Of a stretch of DNA of 64,000 bases, positions 1 through 8,798 are shown piece by piece. The notes under the pieces were generated by a model that did no database searches, was not told the DNA's origin, and saw only the letters and a list, made by a program, of their open reading frames with translations. The position numbers and the translations under genes were made by a program. The stretch's first letter is position 1; each line of letters opens with the position of its first letter. The stretch is from assembly GCA_045644045.1 (NCBI GenBank), contig JAZRGD010000087.1, positions 499-64,498 on the forward strand, written 5' to 3'. The stretch comes from Eubacteriales bacterium. Its GTDB lineage: Bacteria > Bacillota > Clostridia > Oscillospirales > CAG-272.

Positions 1-842
1 GTGCCCCCGACGATTATTACGAGGGCGATAAGGAGATGGCAGGGGGTGGCTCTGTCAGCGGTGACGTGCTGTCCGCCGACCGCAAGATCATTAAGACCGT
101 AAACGAAACGGTGGAGACCAAGGAATACGATAGCTTCATTGAGCGCCTGAAGACCGTGGTAGCGGAAAAGGGCGGCTACTTCGCCTCCTCTCGTTATTCG
201 GGCAACGGCTATGAGACGAGCGCAAATCGCAACGCAAGCTTTGAGATCCGCATTCCTGCCGACAGACTCGGCGAGTTTACCGAGACACTGGGCGGTATGG
301 GCAGTGTGACCTATTTCCTTGAGGAGGCGAACGACGTGACCGCCTCCTACGTGGACGTGACGAGCCGTATCGCCGTCTTGGAAGCGGAGGAGACCGCCCT
401 TCTCGATATTCTTTCAAAGAGCGAGACCGTATCCGATATGTTGGAGATCCGTACCCGTCTTGCACAGGTGCAGGGGGATCTTGCCTCCTTGCGTGCCCAA
501 AAGGACACCTACGACACCTTGGTGGCGTACAGCACCGTCAATCTGAATCTCCGCGAGGTGGATAGAGAAAAGACGGTAACCGACGACACCTTCTTCGGGG
601 ACGTGGGAGAGCAGTTCTCCGATAGCCTGTACGGTGTCGGACAATTCTTCCGTGGTGTCGGTGTGTTCTTCCTCGGCAATTCTCCCGTTCTGCTTTTGCT
701 TGCCGCCATCGGTGTAGGCGTGTTCTTCCTCGTGCGCTACTTTGTGCGCCGTTCCCGCCGCAAGGCAGAGGAATGGGAAGCCTCCCACGCAAAGAAGAAT
801 GCGGAGCAGACCGAAAATAAGAAAAAAGATCGGGAGCAATAA
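1..842 (+). CDS. DUF4349 domain-containing protein (5' end probably outside window)
   Basis: ORF track 36..842, but the frame stays open back to nt 3, so the true start is probably upstream. DRKIIKTVNETVETKEYDSFIERL...FEIRIPADRLGEF...VTSRIAVLEAEE...LRAQKDTYDTLVAYSTVNLNL plus a C-terminal TM helix (VLLLLAAIGVGVFFLV) fits the DUF4349 layout as I remember it. A hairpin terminator follows. Confidence 0.7.
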   Translation, partial: APDDYYEGDKEMAGGGSVSGDVLSADRKIIKTVNETVETKEYDSFIERLKTVVAEKGGYFASSRYSGNGYETSANRNASFEIRIPADRLGEFTETLGGMGSVTYFLEEANDVTASYVDVTSRIAVLEAEETALLDILSKSETVSDMLEIRTRLAQVQGDLASLRAQKDTYDTLVAYSTVNLNLREVDREKTVTDDTFFGDVGEQFSDSLYGVGQFFRGVGVFFLGNSPVLLLLAAIGVGVFFLVRYFVRRSRRKAEEWEASHAKKNAEQTENKKKDREQ

Positions 843-855
843 TAATTTGAAATTA

Positions 856-892
856 CAAACAGGCTGAGCCACGCTCAGCCTGTTTGCTTTAT
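856..892 (+). terminator. Rho-independent terminator after the DUF4349 gene
   Basis: Perfect 14-bp stem CAAACAGGCTGAGC/GCTCAGCCTGTTTG with a 3-nt loop, followed by CTTTAT. Confidence 0.7.
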
Positions 893-905
893 CGAAGGAT
901 AGGTG

Positions 906-941
906 AAAAGAGCCCTTGACGTTCGTCAAGGGCTCTTTTTT
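906..941. terminator. Bidirectional terminator (serves pheT on the minus strand)
   Basis: AAAAGAGCCCTTGAC-gttc-GTCAAGGGCTCTTTTTT: a 15-bp stem with an A-run on one side and a T-run on the other, lying 7 nt from the pheT stop. Confidence 0.7.
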
Positions 942-947
942 GTGAAA

Positions 948-3329
948 TTATTGATCCTTCAGGGCGATGCCCTTTTCAGCGAGAGCGGCCAGCATCGCGT
1001 CGGTGATGGGCGTCAGCTCGGCGCGGGTCAGGGTGCGCTCGTCGGAGGAGAAGGTGAAGCGGACGGTGATGCTGCTGTCCTCCTCGGACTCGTAAACGTC
1101 GGTCACCTTGATGCCCTTGAGAAGCTCGGCGGCGGAGGCACGGCAGATAGCGCACAGCGTATCAAAATTCAAGTCGGCGGGCTTCACGGCAAAGGAGAAG
1201 TCTACGTCCATGTCGGGGAAGCGAGAGGGAGCTTGATACTTGATCCCTACGGGGGCCATGGCGCTGAAAGTGCCCATGTCGATCTCGGCGAAGGCGAAGG
1301 AGGCCTTCTTGTCAAGCTTGCTCTTAACGGCAGGATGGGGAACGGAAAGCGTTCCGTATGCCACACCGTCTACCGTAACGGCGTAAGCGTTGGCGGGGTG
1401 CATATAATCGGCAGGATCCTCCATGGGAACGAAAACGGGAGTCACGTGCTTGATGCTACGGAAGAGGCTGACTACCGCATCGCGGGCGGTGAGGAATACC
1501 GTTTCTTCGTCAGCCGTCTTGTCATAGAAGGCAAGAGCGAGCTGTCTTGTTTCGTTGCAGCTTCCGTCTGCGGCAAAGCCCTTTACGGCACGGCCGATCT
1601 CAAAGAGACCGTAACGCTCGGAAAAGCCCTTGTTCTGGGTCAGAAAATGAAGCAGAGTAGGAACGAGAGAGGCACGAAGCACCGCGTGATCGGGGGTCTG
1701 CGCGTTGATGATCTTGGGGTTTTCGGGCAAGGAGATGTTCATTTCCTTGTAGTCTGCCGCGTCGCACCAGATGTAGGAGTGGACCTCGTGCATACCGTAG
1801 GAGGCGACCAGAAGATCCTTGGCGCGGTTGTCGTCCGTCTTTCCTCTGTCGGCGCGAACGGGCTTGATGGGGCTGAGGGAGGGATTTACGGCAAAGTTAT
1901 CGTAGCCGTAAATGCGGGTGACCTCCTCGATCAGGTCGGCCTTGATGGTCACGTCCTTGGTGGCGCGCCAGGAGGGAACGGTCACGTGGAAGGCGTCACC
2001 GCTTCTCTCTACCTCAAAGCCAAGCGCGGCGAGGGTGGAGTGGATACGGTCGGCGGGAATGTCAATACCGGTATAACGGTCGTAGTAGGCCTTGTCGATG
2101 TCGATCTCAATGGTGGGATACTCGTGCACGTACTTGTCGGTGGCGGCACTGATGACCATTGCCTCGGGATCGATCTCAAGAAGCAGATGGAGGAAACGGG
2201 CGGCGGCCACGGCTGCCTGATGGGGGTCAAGCATCTTTTCGTAGCGCATGGACGCGTCGGTGCGCAGACCGAGAGCGGTGGACGCCTTACGGATGCAAAC
2301 GCCGTCAAAGGTGGCGCTTTCCAGAAGCAGGGAGGTGGTGTCGTCCTCAATACCCGAGGCAAGACCGCCCTTGATGCCCGCAATGGCCACAGGCTCCTCA
2401 TGAGAGCAGATCATCAGAATACGGTTGTCAATGGTCCTTTCCTCGTGGTCGAGGGTGGTAAAGGTGAATTCCTTGGCGTATCTTTGTACCTCGATCTTGT
2501 CTACCTTGCGCAGATCAAAGGCGTGCATGGGCTGACCGATCTCCATCATAACGTAGTTGGTCAGGTCGGCAAGGAAGTTGATGGCACGGGAGCCGCAGTA
2601 GAACAGACGGATACGCATATAAGCGGGGCTTGCGTGTCGGGTAATGTTCTCTACCTTTACGCCAATATAGCGATAAGCGTGCTCGGTGTCGCGGATGTCG
2701 ATATCCACGGGAGGCAGATGGGCGAACTCGGACAGGTCTCTCTTGGGAATGGGAGAGAGGGGAAGACCTGCAATGGCGGCGATCTCTCTTGCCACACCGT
2801 AGTGACCCCACAGGTCGGGGCGGTTGGTGAGAGACTTGTTGTCTACCTCGAAGATCACGTCGTCCACAGGGTAGATGGACTTGATATCGGTGCCTGCCGC
2901 CAGCTCGTCGGGAAGCTCCCAAAGACCGCTGTTGTCAGCGGAAAGACCAAGCTCCGCCTCGGAGCAGCACATACCCATAGAGTGGAAGCCCGCTACCTCG
3001 CGGGCGGCGATCTCCATGCCGGAAACCGCGCCGCCGACCGTGGCAAACGCCACCGTCATGCCCTCGCGCACGTTGGGCGCACCGCAAACGCAATCCACCA
3101 CCTCGGTGCCCGTGTCTACCTTTAAGAGGTGGAGCTTCTTGGAGTGAGGATGCTCCTTTACGGACTTGATCTTGGCGACGATAACACCGTAGGTATCCTC
3201 GCCCTTGTAAATGATGTCCTCTACCTCGGCGGTAGAGAGGGTGAAGCGATCAATGAGCGCTTTCTTTTCTTTTTTGTCAAGGCCGGAGAGATCCACGAAA
3301 TCTCCGATCCAGTTCATCGAAAACAGCAT
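948..3329 (-). CDS. pheT: phenylalanine--tRNA ligase beta subunit
   Basis: 793-aa ORF. N-terminal tRNA-binding domain (MLFSMNWIGDFVDL...), B3/4 and B5 regions and a C-terminal FDX-ACB-like end. Sits directly downstream of pheS in the canonical pheST order. Confidence 0.95.
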   Translation of the reverse strand: MLFSMNWIGDFVDLSGLDKKEKKALIDRFTLSTAEVEDIIYKGEDTYGVIVAKIKSVKEHPHSKKLHLLKVDTGTEVVDCVCGAPNVREGMTVAFATVGGAVSGMEIAAREVAGFHSMGMCCSEAELGLSADNSGLWELPDELAAGTDIKSIYPVDDVIFEVDNKSLTNRPDLWGHYGVAREIAAIAGLPLSPIPKRDLSEFAHLPPVDIDIRDTEHAYRYIGVKVENITRHASPAYMRIRLFYCGSRAINFLADLTNYVMMEIGQPMHAFDLRKVDKIEVQRYAKEFTFTTLDHEERTIDNRILMICSHEEPVAIAGIKGGLASGIEDDTTSLLLESATFDGVCIRKASTALGLRTDASMRYEKMLDPHQAAVAAARFLHLLLEIDPEAMVISAATDKYVHEYPTIEIDIDKAYYDRYTGIDIPADRIHSTLAALGFEVERSGDAFHVTVPSWRATKDVTIKADLIEEVTRIYGYDNFAVNPSLSPIKPVRADRGKTDDNRAKDLLVASYGMHEVHSYIWCDAADYKEMNISLPENPKIINAQTPDHAVLRASLVPTLLHFLTQNKGFSERYGLFEIGRAVKGFAADGSCNETRQLALAFYDKTADEETVFLTARDAVVSLFRSIKHVTPVFVPMEDPADYMHPANAYAVTVDGVAYGTLSVPHPAVKSKLDKKASFAFAEIDMGTFSAMAPVGIKYQAPSRFPDMDVDFSFAVKPADLNFDTLCAICRASAAELLKGIKVTDVYESEEDSSITVRFTFSSDERTLTRAELTPITDAMLAALAEKGIALKDQ

Positions 3330-3341
3330 CTTCTCTCCTCC

Positions 3342-4373
3342 TTACTTGCTTTCAAACTGAGACAGGACCTTAAGGTCACCCGAGTTGAAGTCGCGGATGT
3401 CCTTTACGCCGTACTTCATCATGGCGAGACGGGTCATACCGAGACCAAAGGCGAAGCCGGTGTACACATCGGGGTCAACACCGCCCTCTCGAAGCACGTT
3501 GGGGTGGAACATGCCGCAGGGGCAAAGCTCCAGCCAGCCCTCGTTCTTACAGGAGGGACAGCCCTTTCCGCCACAGATCTCACAGCTGATGTCAAGCTCA
3601 AAGCCGGGCTCGGTAAAGGGGAAGAAGCCGGGACGAAGGCGTACCTTCACGTCACGCTCAAACACCTCGCTGAGCATGGTCTTCATGAAGTAGATCAGGT
3701 TGGAGATGGATACGTCCTTGTCGATCATCATGCCTTCCATCTGGAAGAAGGTGTTCTCGTGGCAGGCATCAATGGCCTCGTTGCGGAAGCAACGGCCGGG
3801 GAAGATGGCGCGCAACGGCACGCCGTACTTCTTCATGATATGGTTCTGCGCCGCCGAGGTGTGAGTTTTCAGCAGCTGACCGTTCTCGATGTAATAGGTG
3901 TCCTGCATATCGCGGGCAGGGTGGTGCTTGGGGATGTTGAGTGCCTCAAAGCAGTGGTAGTCGTCGGTGATCTCCACATAATCCTCTACGGTAAAGCCCA
4001 TAGAGATAAAGATGTCCTCCACCTCACGTGCGATAAGGGTGATGGGATGGTAAGAGCCCTTGTCCTCCGCGCGGTTAAGAGTGGGATTGTACTTCTTCGC
4101 GTTGCGGATGGCAAGAGACAGAGCCTCCGCCTCCAGTGCCTTGGTTTTATCGGCAATGGCAGTCTCCGCCTCGCCCTTAAACTGATTGATAAACTGCCCG
4201 GCCTCTCGCTTTTCGTCGGGCGTCATGTCCTTAAGACTCTTCATCAGCTCGTTGACGGAGCCCTTTTTGCCAAGGTACGCCACACGAACGGCCTCAAGCG
4301 CCTCGCGGTCGGTGGCCGCGTCTAACGCGGCGCGAAATGCCCCGCGCAGGGCATTGATCTTTTCTGCTAACAT
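3342..4373 (-). CDS. pheS: phenylalanine--tRNA ligase alpha subunit
   Basis: Class II aaRS motifs (HPITLIAREVEDIF, FPGRCFRNE, GFAFGLGMTRLAMM). I place the start at the ATG at 4373 (MLAEKINALRGAF), preceded by AAAGGA. The longer ORF-track start at 4442 would run into the promoter. Confidence 0.95.
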   Translation of the reverse strand: MLAEKINALRGAFRAALDAATDREALEAVRVAYLGKKGSVNELMKSLKDMTPDEKREAGQFINQFKGEAETAIADKTKALEAEALSLAIRNAKKYNPTLNRAEDKGSYHPITLIAREVEDIFISMGFTVEDYVEITDDYHCFEALNIPKHHPARDMQDTYYIENGQLLKTHTSAAQNHIMKKYGVPLRAIFPGRCFRNEAIDACHENTFFQMEGMMIDKDVSISNLIYFMKTMLSEVFERDVKVRLRPGFFPFTEPGFELDISCEICGGKGCPSCKNEGWLELCPCGMFHPNVLREGGVDPDVYTGFAFGLGMTRLAMMKYGVKDIRDFNSGDLKVLSQFESK

Positions 4374-4430
4374 ATTTCGATCCTTTCTCGGATGCCTCGC
4401 ATCCCCTCGGAAATTATACTGTACCTTATT

Positions 4431-4458
4431 ATTATATAACAAAAAATGATTTTGTCAA
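4431..4458 (-). promoter_or_regulatory. putative sigma-A promoter of pheST
   Basis: Minus strand reads TTGACA-16 nt-TATAAT. The leader to the ATG is only about 50 nt. Confidence 0.5.
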
Positions 4459-4461
4459 TCT

Positions 4462-4977
4462 TTATTCGCCTTTTTGTTGGAAACTTTGCGATTTTTTTAT
4501 CATATCCTCCAAAATGGCGGCGGGAACGAGGGAGGCAATTTCTCTTCCCTCCGTCAGCCGCTTTCGCAAAAGCGTGGAGGAGACCTCCGAAAGACCTTCC
4601 TCGGCGGAAAGAAACACCGTTTCCTTGCCGCACCTCGCCTTGTTAAAGGCGGCCATTTGCCTTTCGTAGGGAAGGTCCTTTTCATCCCTGACGGAGCGGA
4701 CGATGAGGTCGATGCCCTCGCGGGTGACGAAATCAGCCACCATCCCCTCGTCGCGGCAGACGCGCACGTTGTCAAAGGGGGCGCAGACCTTGCGGAGCAG
4801 CTCCTCTCTCTCCTCGGGAGAAAAGAGCCCCGCCTTGTCCTTGTTGATAAATATCCCCACCGTGAGGGTGTCAAAGAGGGCGGCGGCGCGACGGATGACG
4901 TTCTCGTGTCCCACCGTTACGGGATCAAAGCTTCCCGTGAACAGGGCGTTTGTGGTCTTACGCTTCATCGCCTTCAT
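4462..4977 (-). CDS. coaD: phosphopantetheine adenylyltransferase
   Basis: TGSFDPVTVGHENVIRRA nucleotidyltransferase motif; size typical of CoaD. An alternative start exists at Met4 (4968). Confidence 0.9.
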   Translation of the reverse strand: MKAMKRKTTNALFTGSFDPVTVGHENVIRRAAALFDTLTVGIFINKDKAGLFSPEEREELLRKVCAPFDNVRVCRDEGMVADFVTREGIDLIVRSVRDEKDLPYERQMAAFNKARCGKETVFLSAEEGLSEVSSTLLRKRLTEGREIASLVPAAILEDMIKKSQSFQQKGE

Positions 4978-5533
4978 CCTTCCTTCGCAAAATGTGAATA
5001 AAGGAGCGTCCGTATTTCTTCTTTTTAATCACCTCAAAGGAATCAAGCACCTCGGGGTGAGAGGCAAAGGCGTCCTCCTCCTCGCTCTCGGTCACCACAA
5101 GGGCGGCAGGAGAAAGAAGGTCTGCCTCCAAAAGCTTTTTCACACATTCGCCCACCAGCCTTTCGGCATAGGGCGGGTCGATGAATACGACGTGGAAGGC
5201 TTCGCCTCCCTTGGCCTTGCGCAGATAGCTTCTGAAATCGCTGACGAGAAAATGAGAGCGATCGAAGAAGCCCGTTTTCTTTGCGTTGGCCTTCACCACC
5301 TCCATGGCCTCACGGGAGGCGTCGATAAAGGTGGCGTGAGACGCGCCGCGAGAGAGTGCCTCAAGTCCCATCTGTCCGCTACCTGCGAACAGGTCGAGGA
5401 AGCGTCTTCCCTCAAGATCGAATTGCAGAGCGGAAAAAACCGCCTCCTTCACCTTTTCGGCGGTGGGGCGGGTGGCCTCCCCCTCTAAGGTCTTTAAGAC
5501 AATGCCTCTCGCGCTTCCCGTGATGATCCTCAT
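4958..5533 (-). CDS. rsmD: 16S rRNA (guanine966-N2)-methyltransferase RsmD
   Basis: MRIITGSARG..., DLFAGSGQMGLEALSRGA (SAM-binding) and FIDPPY motifs. Start taken at the ATG at 5533, which overlaps the uvrC stop (ATGA). The 297-aa ORF-track version carries an Arg-rich out-of-context extension overlapping uvrC. Confidence 0.85.
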   Translation of the reverse strand: MRIITGSARGIVLKTLEGEATRPTAEKVKEAVFSALQFDLEGRRFLDLFAGSGQMGLEALSRGASHATFIDASREAMEVVKANAKKTGFFDRSHFLVSDFRSYLRKAKGGEAFHVVFIDPPYAERLVGECVKKLLEADLLSPAALVVTESEEEDAFASHPEVLDSFEVIKKKKYGRSFIHILRRKDEGDEA

Positions 5534-7368
5534 GTCTCCTTCTCCGTTTCTTTCTTGTGATAATGGTGATAGACCGCCGCGGCGCATTCCTTCGTCATAC
5601 CCTTGACGGCGGCCAGCTCCTCTATCTCGGCAGTCTTTATTTTGGTGATGCCGCCAAAGGCGGCCAGAAGTCTTTTGGCCCGTTCCTTGCCGATGCCGGG
5701 AACGTCCTCGAGCGTGGAGCGGCGCAGGCTCTTTCCCTTTGCTCCCATGGTGTGACGCAGGGCGTGACGGTGCACCTCCTCTTGGAGACGGTAGAGCAGA
5801 GCGTATACCCCTTGCTCTCTCGCAATGCTCACGTCGTTCGTCTCGTCGCACAGCGCGCGCGTCTTGTGAAACTCGTCCTTGACGAGACCGAAAATAGGTA
5901 GCTCCAGCCCCGCCTCCGAAAGAGCCTCCTTGCCTGCCGCCACCTGTGCCTTGCCGCCGTCCAGCAGGATCAGGTCGGGCAAGGCCCCAAAGCCCTCGTC
6001 CTCCTTATGGGCGAAGCGTCGGGTGAGTGCCTCCCTCATGGCGGCGCAGTCGTCGTTGGCCACCTCGCGCATGCGGAAGGTGCGATAGCCGTTTTTCTGC
6101 AACCGACCGCCCTCGTACACGATCATTCCCGCCGTGGTGAATTCTCCTCCGATGTGGGAAACGTCGTAGACCTCGATGCGCTCGGGCAAGACCTCAAGAG
6201 AGAGGAGCGATGCCAGCTTCACCAGCACCTCGTCTTCCTTCTCAAGATCCTCCTTGCGTGCTTCAAGGGCGCGCGCGGCATTCTTTTCCGCCATACGGCA
6301 AAGGGACTTTTTTTCTCCGCGAAGGGGGCTGTGAACGACCACCCTTTTTCCCTTTTTTTCGCTCAAAAAGAGAGCGAGAGCGGAAAGGGCCGCCTCCTCC
6401 GCGTCAAAGGCGAGCAGTATCTCCTTTGGAATATCCGCGCCGCGCAGATAGTAGTCGGTAATAAAGGCAAGGGCGGTATCGGAATCTAAAATTTCCGTAG
6501 CGGAGAAGGAAAAATCGTTTTTGCGATTGAGCTGTCCGCCACGCACCGACAAAACCGCCATCGCGCCCAGCACCTCGTCCGAGGCCATGGCCCACACGTC
6601 GGTATAGACCGCCGCATCCGTCAAGACCTTTTGGGTCTCGCCAAGCTTTTCCAGAGCGAAAAGAGCGTCTCTTTTGCGTGCCGCCGCCTCGTATTCCTCC
6701 CGCTCGGCAAGGGCGGTCATTTCTTCACGCAGGGTGGCCGCCACCTCTCGCACGTCGCCCGATAAAACCGCCGTGGCACTTTTTACGGCAGAGGCAAATT
6801 CCTCCGCCGTCACGTCGCCCGCGCAGGGGGCGAGACAACGGTGCATCTGGCGGTAAAGACAGGGTCTTTCCTTGCCGATGTCTCTCGGAAACTGTCTCTT
6901 GCAGGTGGGGAGACGAAAGACGCGGCGCACCGTATCCAAGTTGGCGTAAGCGTCCGATATGCCCGAATAAGGGCCGAAATAAAGAGAGCCGTCCTCCCGC
7001 CTGTCGCGGGTCACGGCGGTGCGGGGATAACTCTCCCGCGTCACCTTAATATAGGGATAGCTCTTGGCGTCCTTCAGCTTGATGTTATAGCGCGGAGCGT
7101 ACTTTTTGATCAGGGTGTTTTCAAGACCCAACGCCTCGATCTCGCTGTCGCAAACGATGACGTCAAACTCTGCCACCGCCGCCACCATGTGGGCCGTCTT
7201 GACGGTGTGCCCCGTGCCCGTGAAATAGCTGGACACGCGGGAGCGCAGATTGCGGGACTTGCCCACGTATATAACGGTGCCCTCGCCGTTTTTCATCAGA
7301 TAGACACCCGGGGTAGCGGGAAGCGCGCTTGCCCGCTCACGCAGGGCGGTGATCTTGTCCTTCGTCAT
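5530..7368 (-). CDS. uvrC: excinuclease ABC subunit C
   Basis: 612 aa. N-terminal GIY-YIG (PGVYLMKNGEGTVIYVGKSRNLRSRVSSYF), a UVR domain, an endonuclease V-like region and a C-terminal (HhH)2 (VPGIGKERAKRLL). Confidence 0.95.
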   Translation of the reverse strand: MTKDKITALRERASALPATPGVYLMKNGEGTVIYVGKSRNLRSRVSSYFTGTGHTVKTAHMVAAVAEFDVIVCDSEIEALGLENTLIKKYAPRYNIKLKDAKSYPYIKVTRESYPRTAVTRDRREDGSLYFGPYSGISDAYANLDTVRRVFRLPTCKRQFPRDIGKERPCLYRQMHRCLAPCAGDVTAEEFASAVKSATAVLSGDVREVAATLREEMTALAEREEYEAAARKRDALFALEKLGETQKVLTDAAVYTDVWAMASDEVLGAMAVLSVRGGQLNRKNDFSFSATEILDSDTALAFITDYYLRGADIPKEILLAFDAEEAALSALALFLSEKKGKRVVVHSPLRGEKKSLCRMAEKNAARALEARKEDLEKEDEVLVKLASLLSLEVLPERIEVYDVSHIGGEFTTAGMIVYEGGRLQKNGYRTFRMREVANDDCAAMREALTRRFAHKEDEGFGALPDLILLDGGKAQVAAGKEALSEAGLELPIFGLVKDEFHKTRALCDETNDVSIAREQGVYALLYRLQEEVHRHALRHTMGAKGKSLRRSTLEDVPGIGKERAKRLLAAFGGITKIKTAEIEELAAVKGMTKECAAAVYHHYHKKETEKET

Positions 7369-7419
7369 TTCAACAAAAAGGGCGGCAAGCCGTGCCTGCC
7401 GCCGTCCCTTTACAAGCTA

Positions 7420-7776
7420 TCAGAATTTGCAACCGCCGTCGATCAGAGAGGCAAGTCCGGCAAGCGCGTCCTCCTCATCCTCGCCGTCAGCCGTCAGCGT
7501 GATCACGTCGCCCTTGGCAATGCCCAAGGACAAAACGCCCAGCAGACTCTTTGCGTTGACCTTGCGCACACCGTCATTCCCCTCACGGTCAATGACTGCC
7601 ACGGCGGCCTCTACGGCGGCCTCGTCTACCACACCGTCCTTTACCAGGGAAAGGTGGGAGGGATCCTTTGCGACCCAAAGAGAGCTTTTAAAGCTGTTTG
7701 CCTTTTGAATGAAAAAGGTGGCGGGTCTTGCGTGAAGGCCTTCGCTGTTGCGGATAACGACAATACAGGATTTCAT
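7420..7776 (-). CDS. HPr-family phosphocarrier protein with an internal insertion
   Basis: GLHARPA with His at residue 15 and KVNAKSLLGVLSLG (regulatory Ser motif). The Ser is at residue 77 instead of about 46, and the protein is 118 aa instead of about 88. Confidence 0.8.
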   Translation of the reverse strand: MKSCIVVIRNSEGLHARPATFFIQKANSFKSSLWVAKDPSHLSLVKDGVVDEAAVEAAVAVIDREGNDGVRKVNAKSLLGVLSLGIAKGDVITLTADGEDEEDALAGLASLIDGGCKF

Positions 7777-7825
7777 ACATTAACTCCTTTGGTCAAACGG
7801 TTGTAAAAACAATTTTGATACATAC

Positions 7826-7854
7826 AGTATAGCAAAAGACGCGCGTAAAATCAA
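7826..7854 (-). promoter_or_regulatory. putative sigma-A promoter of the HPr-like gene
   Basis: Minus strand reads TTGATT-17 nt-TATACT, about 50 nt upstream of the ATG at 7776. Confidence 0.45.
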
Positions 7855-7911
7855 TAGGTTTTTCGAAATTTTTTCTGTTTTTCCCGATTTTTTGGGTAAA
7901 AAAACAGATTT

Positions 7912-8367
7912 TTATTCCGTTTTTATCTCCAACACCCGAACGGTGAGGACAAAACCGTCGGTGCGAAGAAGGGCTTCCTTTCCCATGGGAAGATAAACGC
8001 CCCCCGCGAAAAAATGTCCGTCGCGCTCCTCCCCCTCCAAGGTCAGAGTGGCGTACAGCTCCTTCGTCAAGCGAGACGGGTACTCCTTGACGCCCTCGTC
8101 GGCTACCGTCTCCCTCCGCCTTGCGGGTAGAACGGAGACGTCGGTGACGGTGACGGGAATTCCGTCCAAGGTGGCACCGCTCACCGAAAAGGGAAAGCCC
8201 TCAAAGAGAAGGCTGTCTTCGGGCGCAGAGCGGACGGAGAGGGTCAGGCGGACGGTCTCCGCCTTGGTGGTCGAGAAGAGAAGCCGCCCCGACACTCCCA
8301 CGAAAAACACCGTCAACAGCAAAAGAAGAAACAGGCGGTTTTTCCTTGCAAAAAGAAGCCCCCTCAT
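7912..8367 (-). CDS. DUF4330-like membrane-anchored protein
   Basis: Start taken at the ATG at 8367 (MRGLLFARKNRLFLLLLLTVFFVG signal anchor), overlapping the stop of the upstream paralogue (ATGA). The upstream 119 codons of the ORF-track version are Arg/Gly-rich junk. The family call is from memory of the DUF4330 pattern. Confidence 0.55.
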   Translation of the reverse strand: MRGLLFARKNRLFLLLLLTVFFVGVSGRLLFSTTKAETVRLTLSVRSAPEDSLLFEGFPFSVSGATLDGIPVTVTDVSVLPARRRETVADEGVKEYPSRLTKELYATLTLEGEERDGHFFAGGVYLPMGKEALLRTDGFVLTVRVLEIKTE

Positions 8368-8798
8368 GCCTTTGCCTCCTCTGCCCACAGACAAAGCGCG
8401 TAGGCCGTACCTTTTCCGTGAAGGGAAAGCCGATTTCCGACCAGAAGAGGGATGCCTCCCACCGTCAGAACGTCGCCCTTGCGCTCCCCCTCGCTCTCTA
8501 CGGTCAGCACCATGCGGCTTTTGTGAGGCAGAGGGAAAGCACCGCTTTCGTTTTCCTCCATGGCGGGAGAGACCTCTACGGCGGTCACGGTGCCGAGCGC
8601 GCCCTTGCCCACTCCGTCCGTCAACCTGTCCCCTACGGCAAAGGCGGATACCAGCTCGTTTTCTACCGTAAACAGCACCGCATACCGTACCGTCACCCGC
8701 TCCGCGCGGGGGGTAAGTGTCCAAAGGACCACCGTTACAGTCAGAAAAAGGGTCAAAAGTGGGATGAAAATTTTTAAAAAACGCCTGTTAATAACCAA
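8364..8798 (-). CDS. DUF4330-like membrane-anchored protein (paralogue of 7912..8367)
   Basis: N-terminal TM helix (FLKIFIPLLTLFLTVTVVLW) followed by a beta-rich ectodomain. Same architecture as the downstream gene and translationally coupled to it. Confidence 0.55.
   Translation of the reverse strand: MVINRRFLKIFIPLLTLFLTVTVVLWTLTPRAERVTVRYAVLFTVENELVSAFAVGDRLTDGVGKGALGTVTAVEVSPAMEENESGAFPLPHKSRMVLTVESEGERKGDVLTVGGIPLLVGNRLSLHGKGTAYALCLWAEEAKA

Noticed and set aside
903-3125. Very long ORFs antisense to real genes. Examples: 903..3125 opposite pheT, 15544..16671 opposite fumC, 20154..21656, 35768..36841, 37133..38143, 39460..41148 opposite the GRE, 41406..42485, 42900..44249, 45135..46808, 47189..48220, 48233..49402, 51236..52423 opposite the giant genes, and 56055..57134 and 57154..58377 opposite jag/yidC.
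   Set aside because: Their translations are Gly/Arg/Val/His-rich low-information sequence with no motifs. Each is fully overlapped by an opposite-strand gene with clear family signatures. The antisense ORFs of giant genes A and B are similar to each other only because the sense genes are paralogous. Open antisense frames like these are expected in GC-rich DNA.
4374-4461. Expected a T-box leader upstream of pheST, as in many Firmicutes.
   Set aside because: The gap between coaD and pheS is only 88 nt and already contains the promoter. The remaining ~50-nt leader has one small hairpin (GGATGC-gag-GCATCC). It has no specifier loop, T-box sequence or terminator.
4958-5851. N-terminally extended versions of several ORF-track entries: 4958..5851, 7912..8724, 12986..13984, 21745..22296, 34004..34753, 34847..35767, 38206..39363, 58721..59158 and 61958..62851.
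   Set aside because: The extensions overlap neighbouring genes or promoters and translate to Arg/Gly/Pro-rich or otherwise non-homologous sequence. Internal ATG or GTG codons with Shine-Dalgarno sequences give proteins of canonical length, so the shorter models were used.
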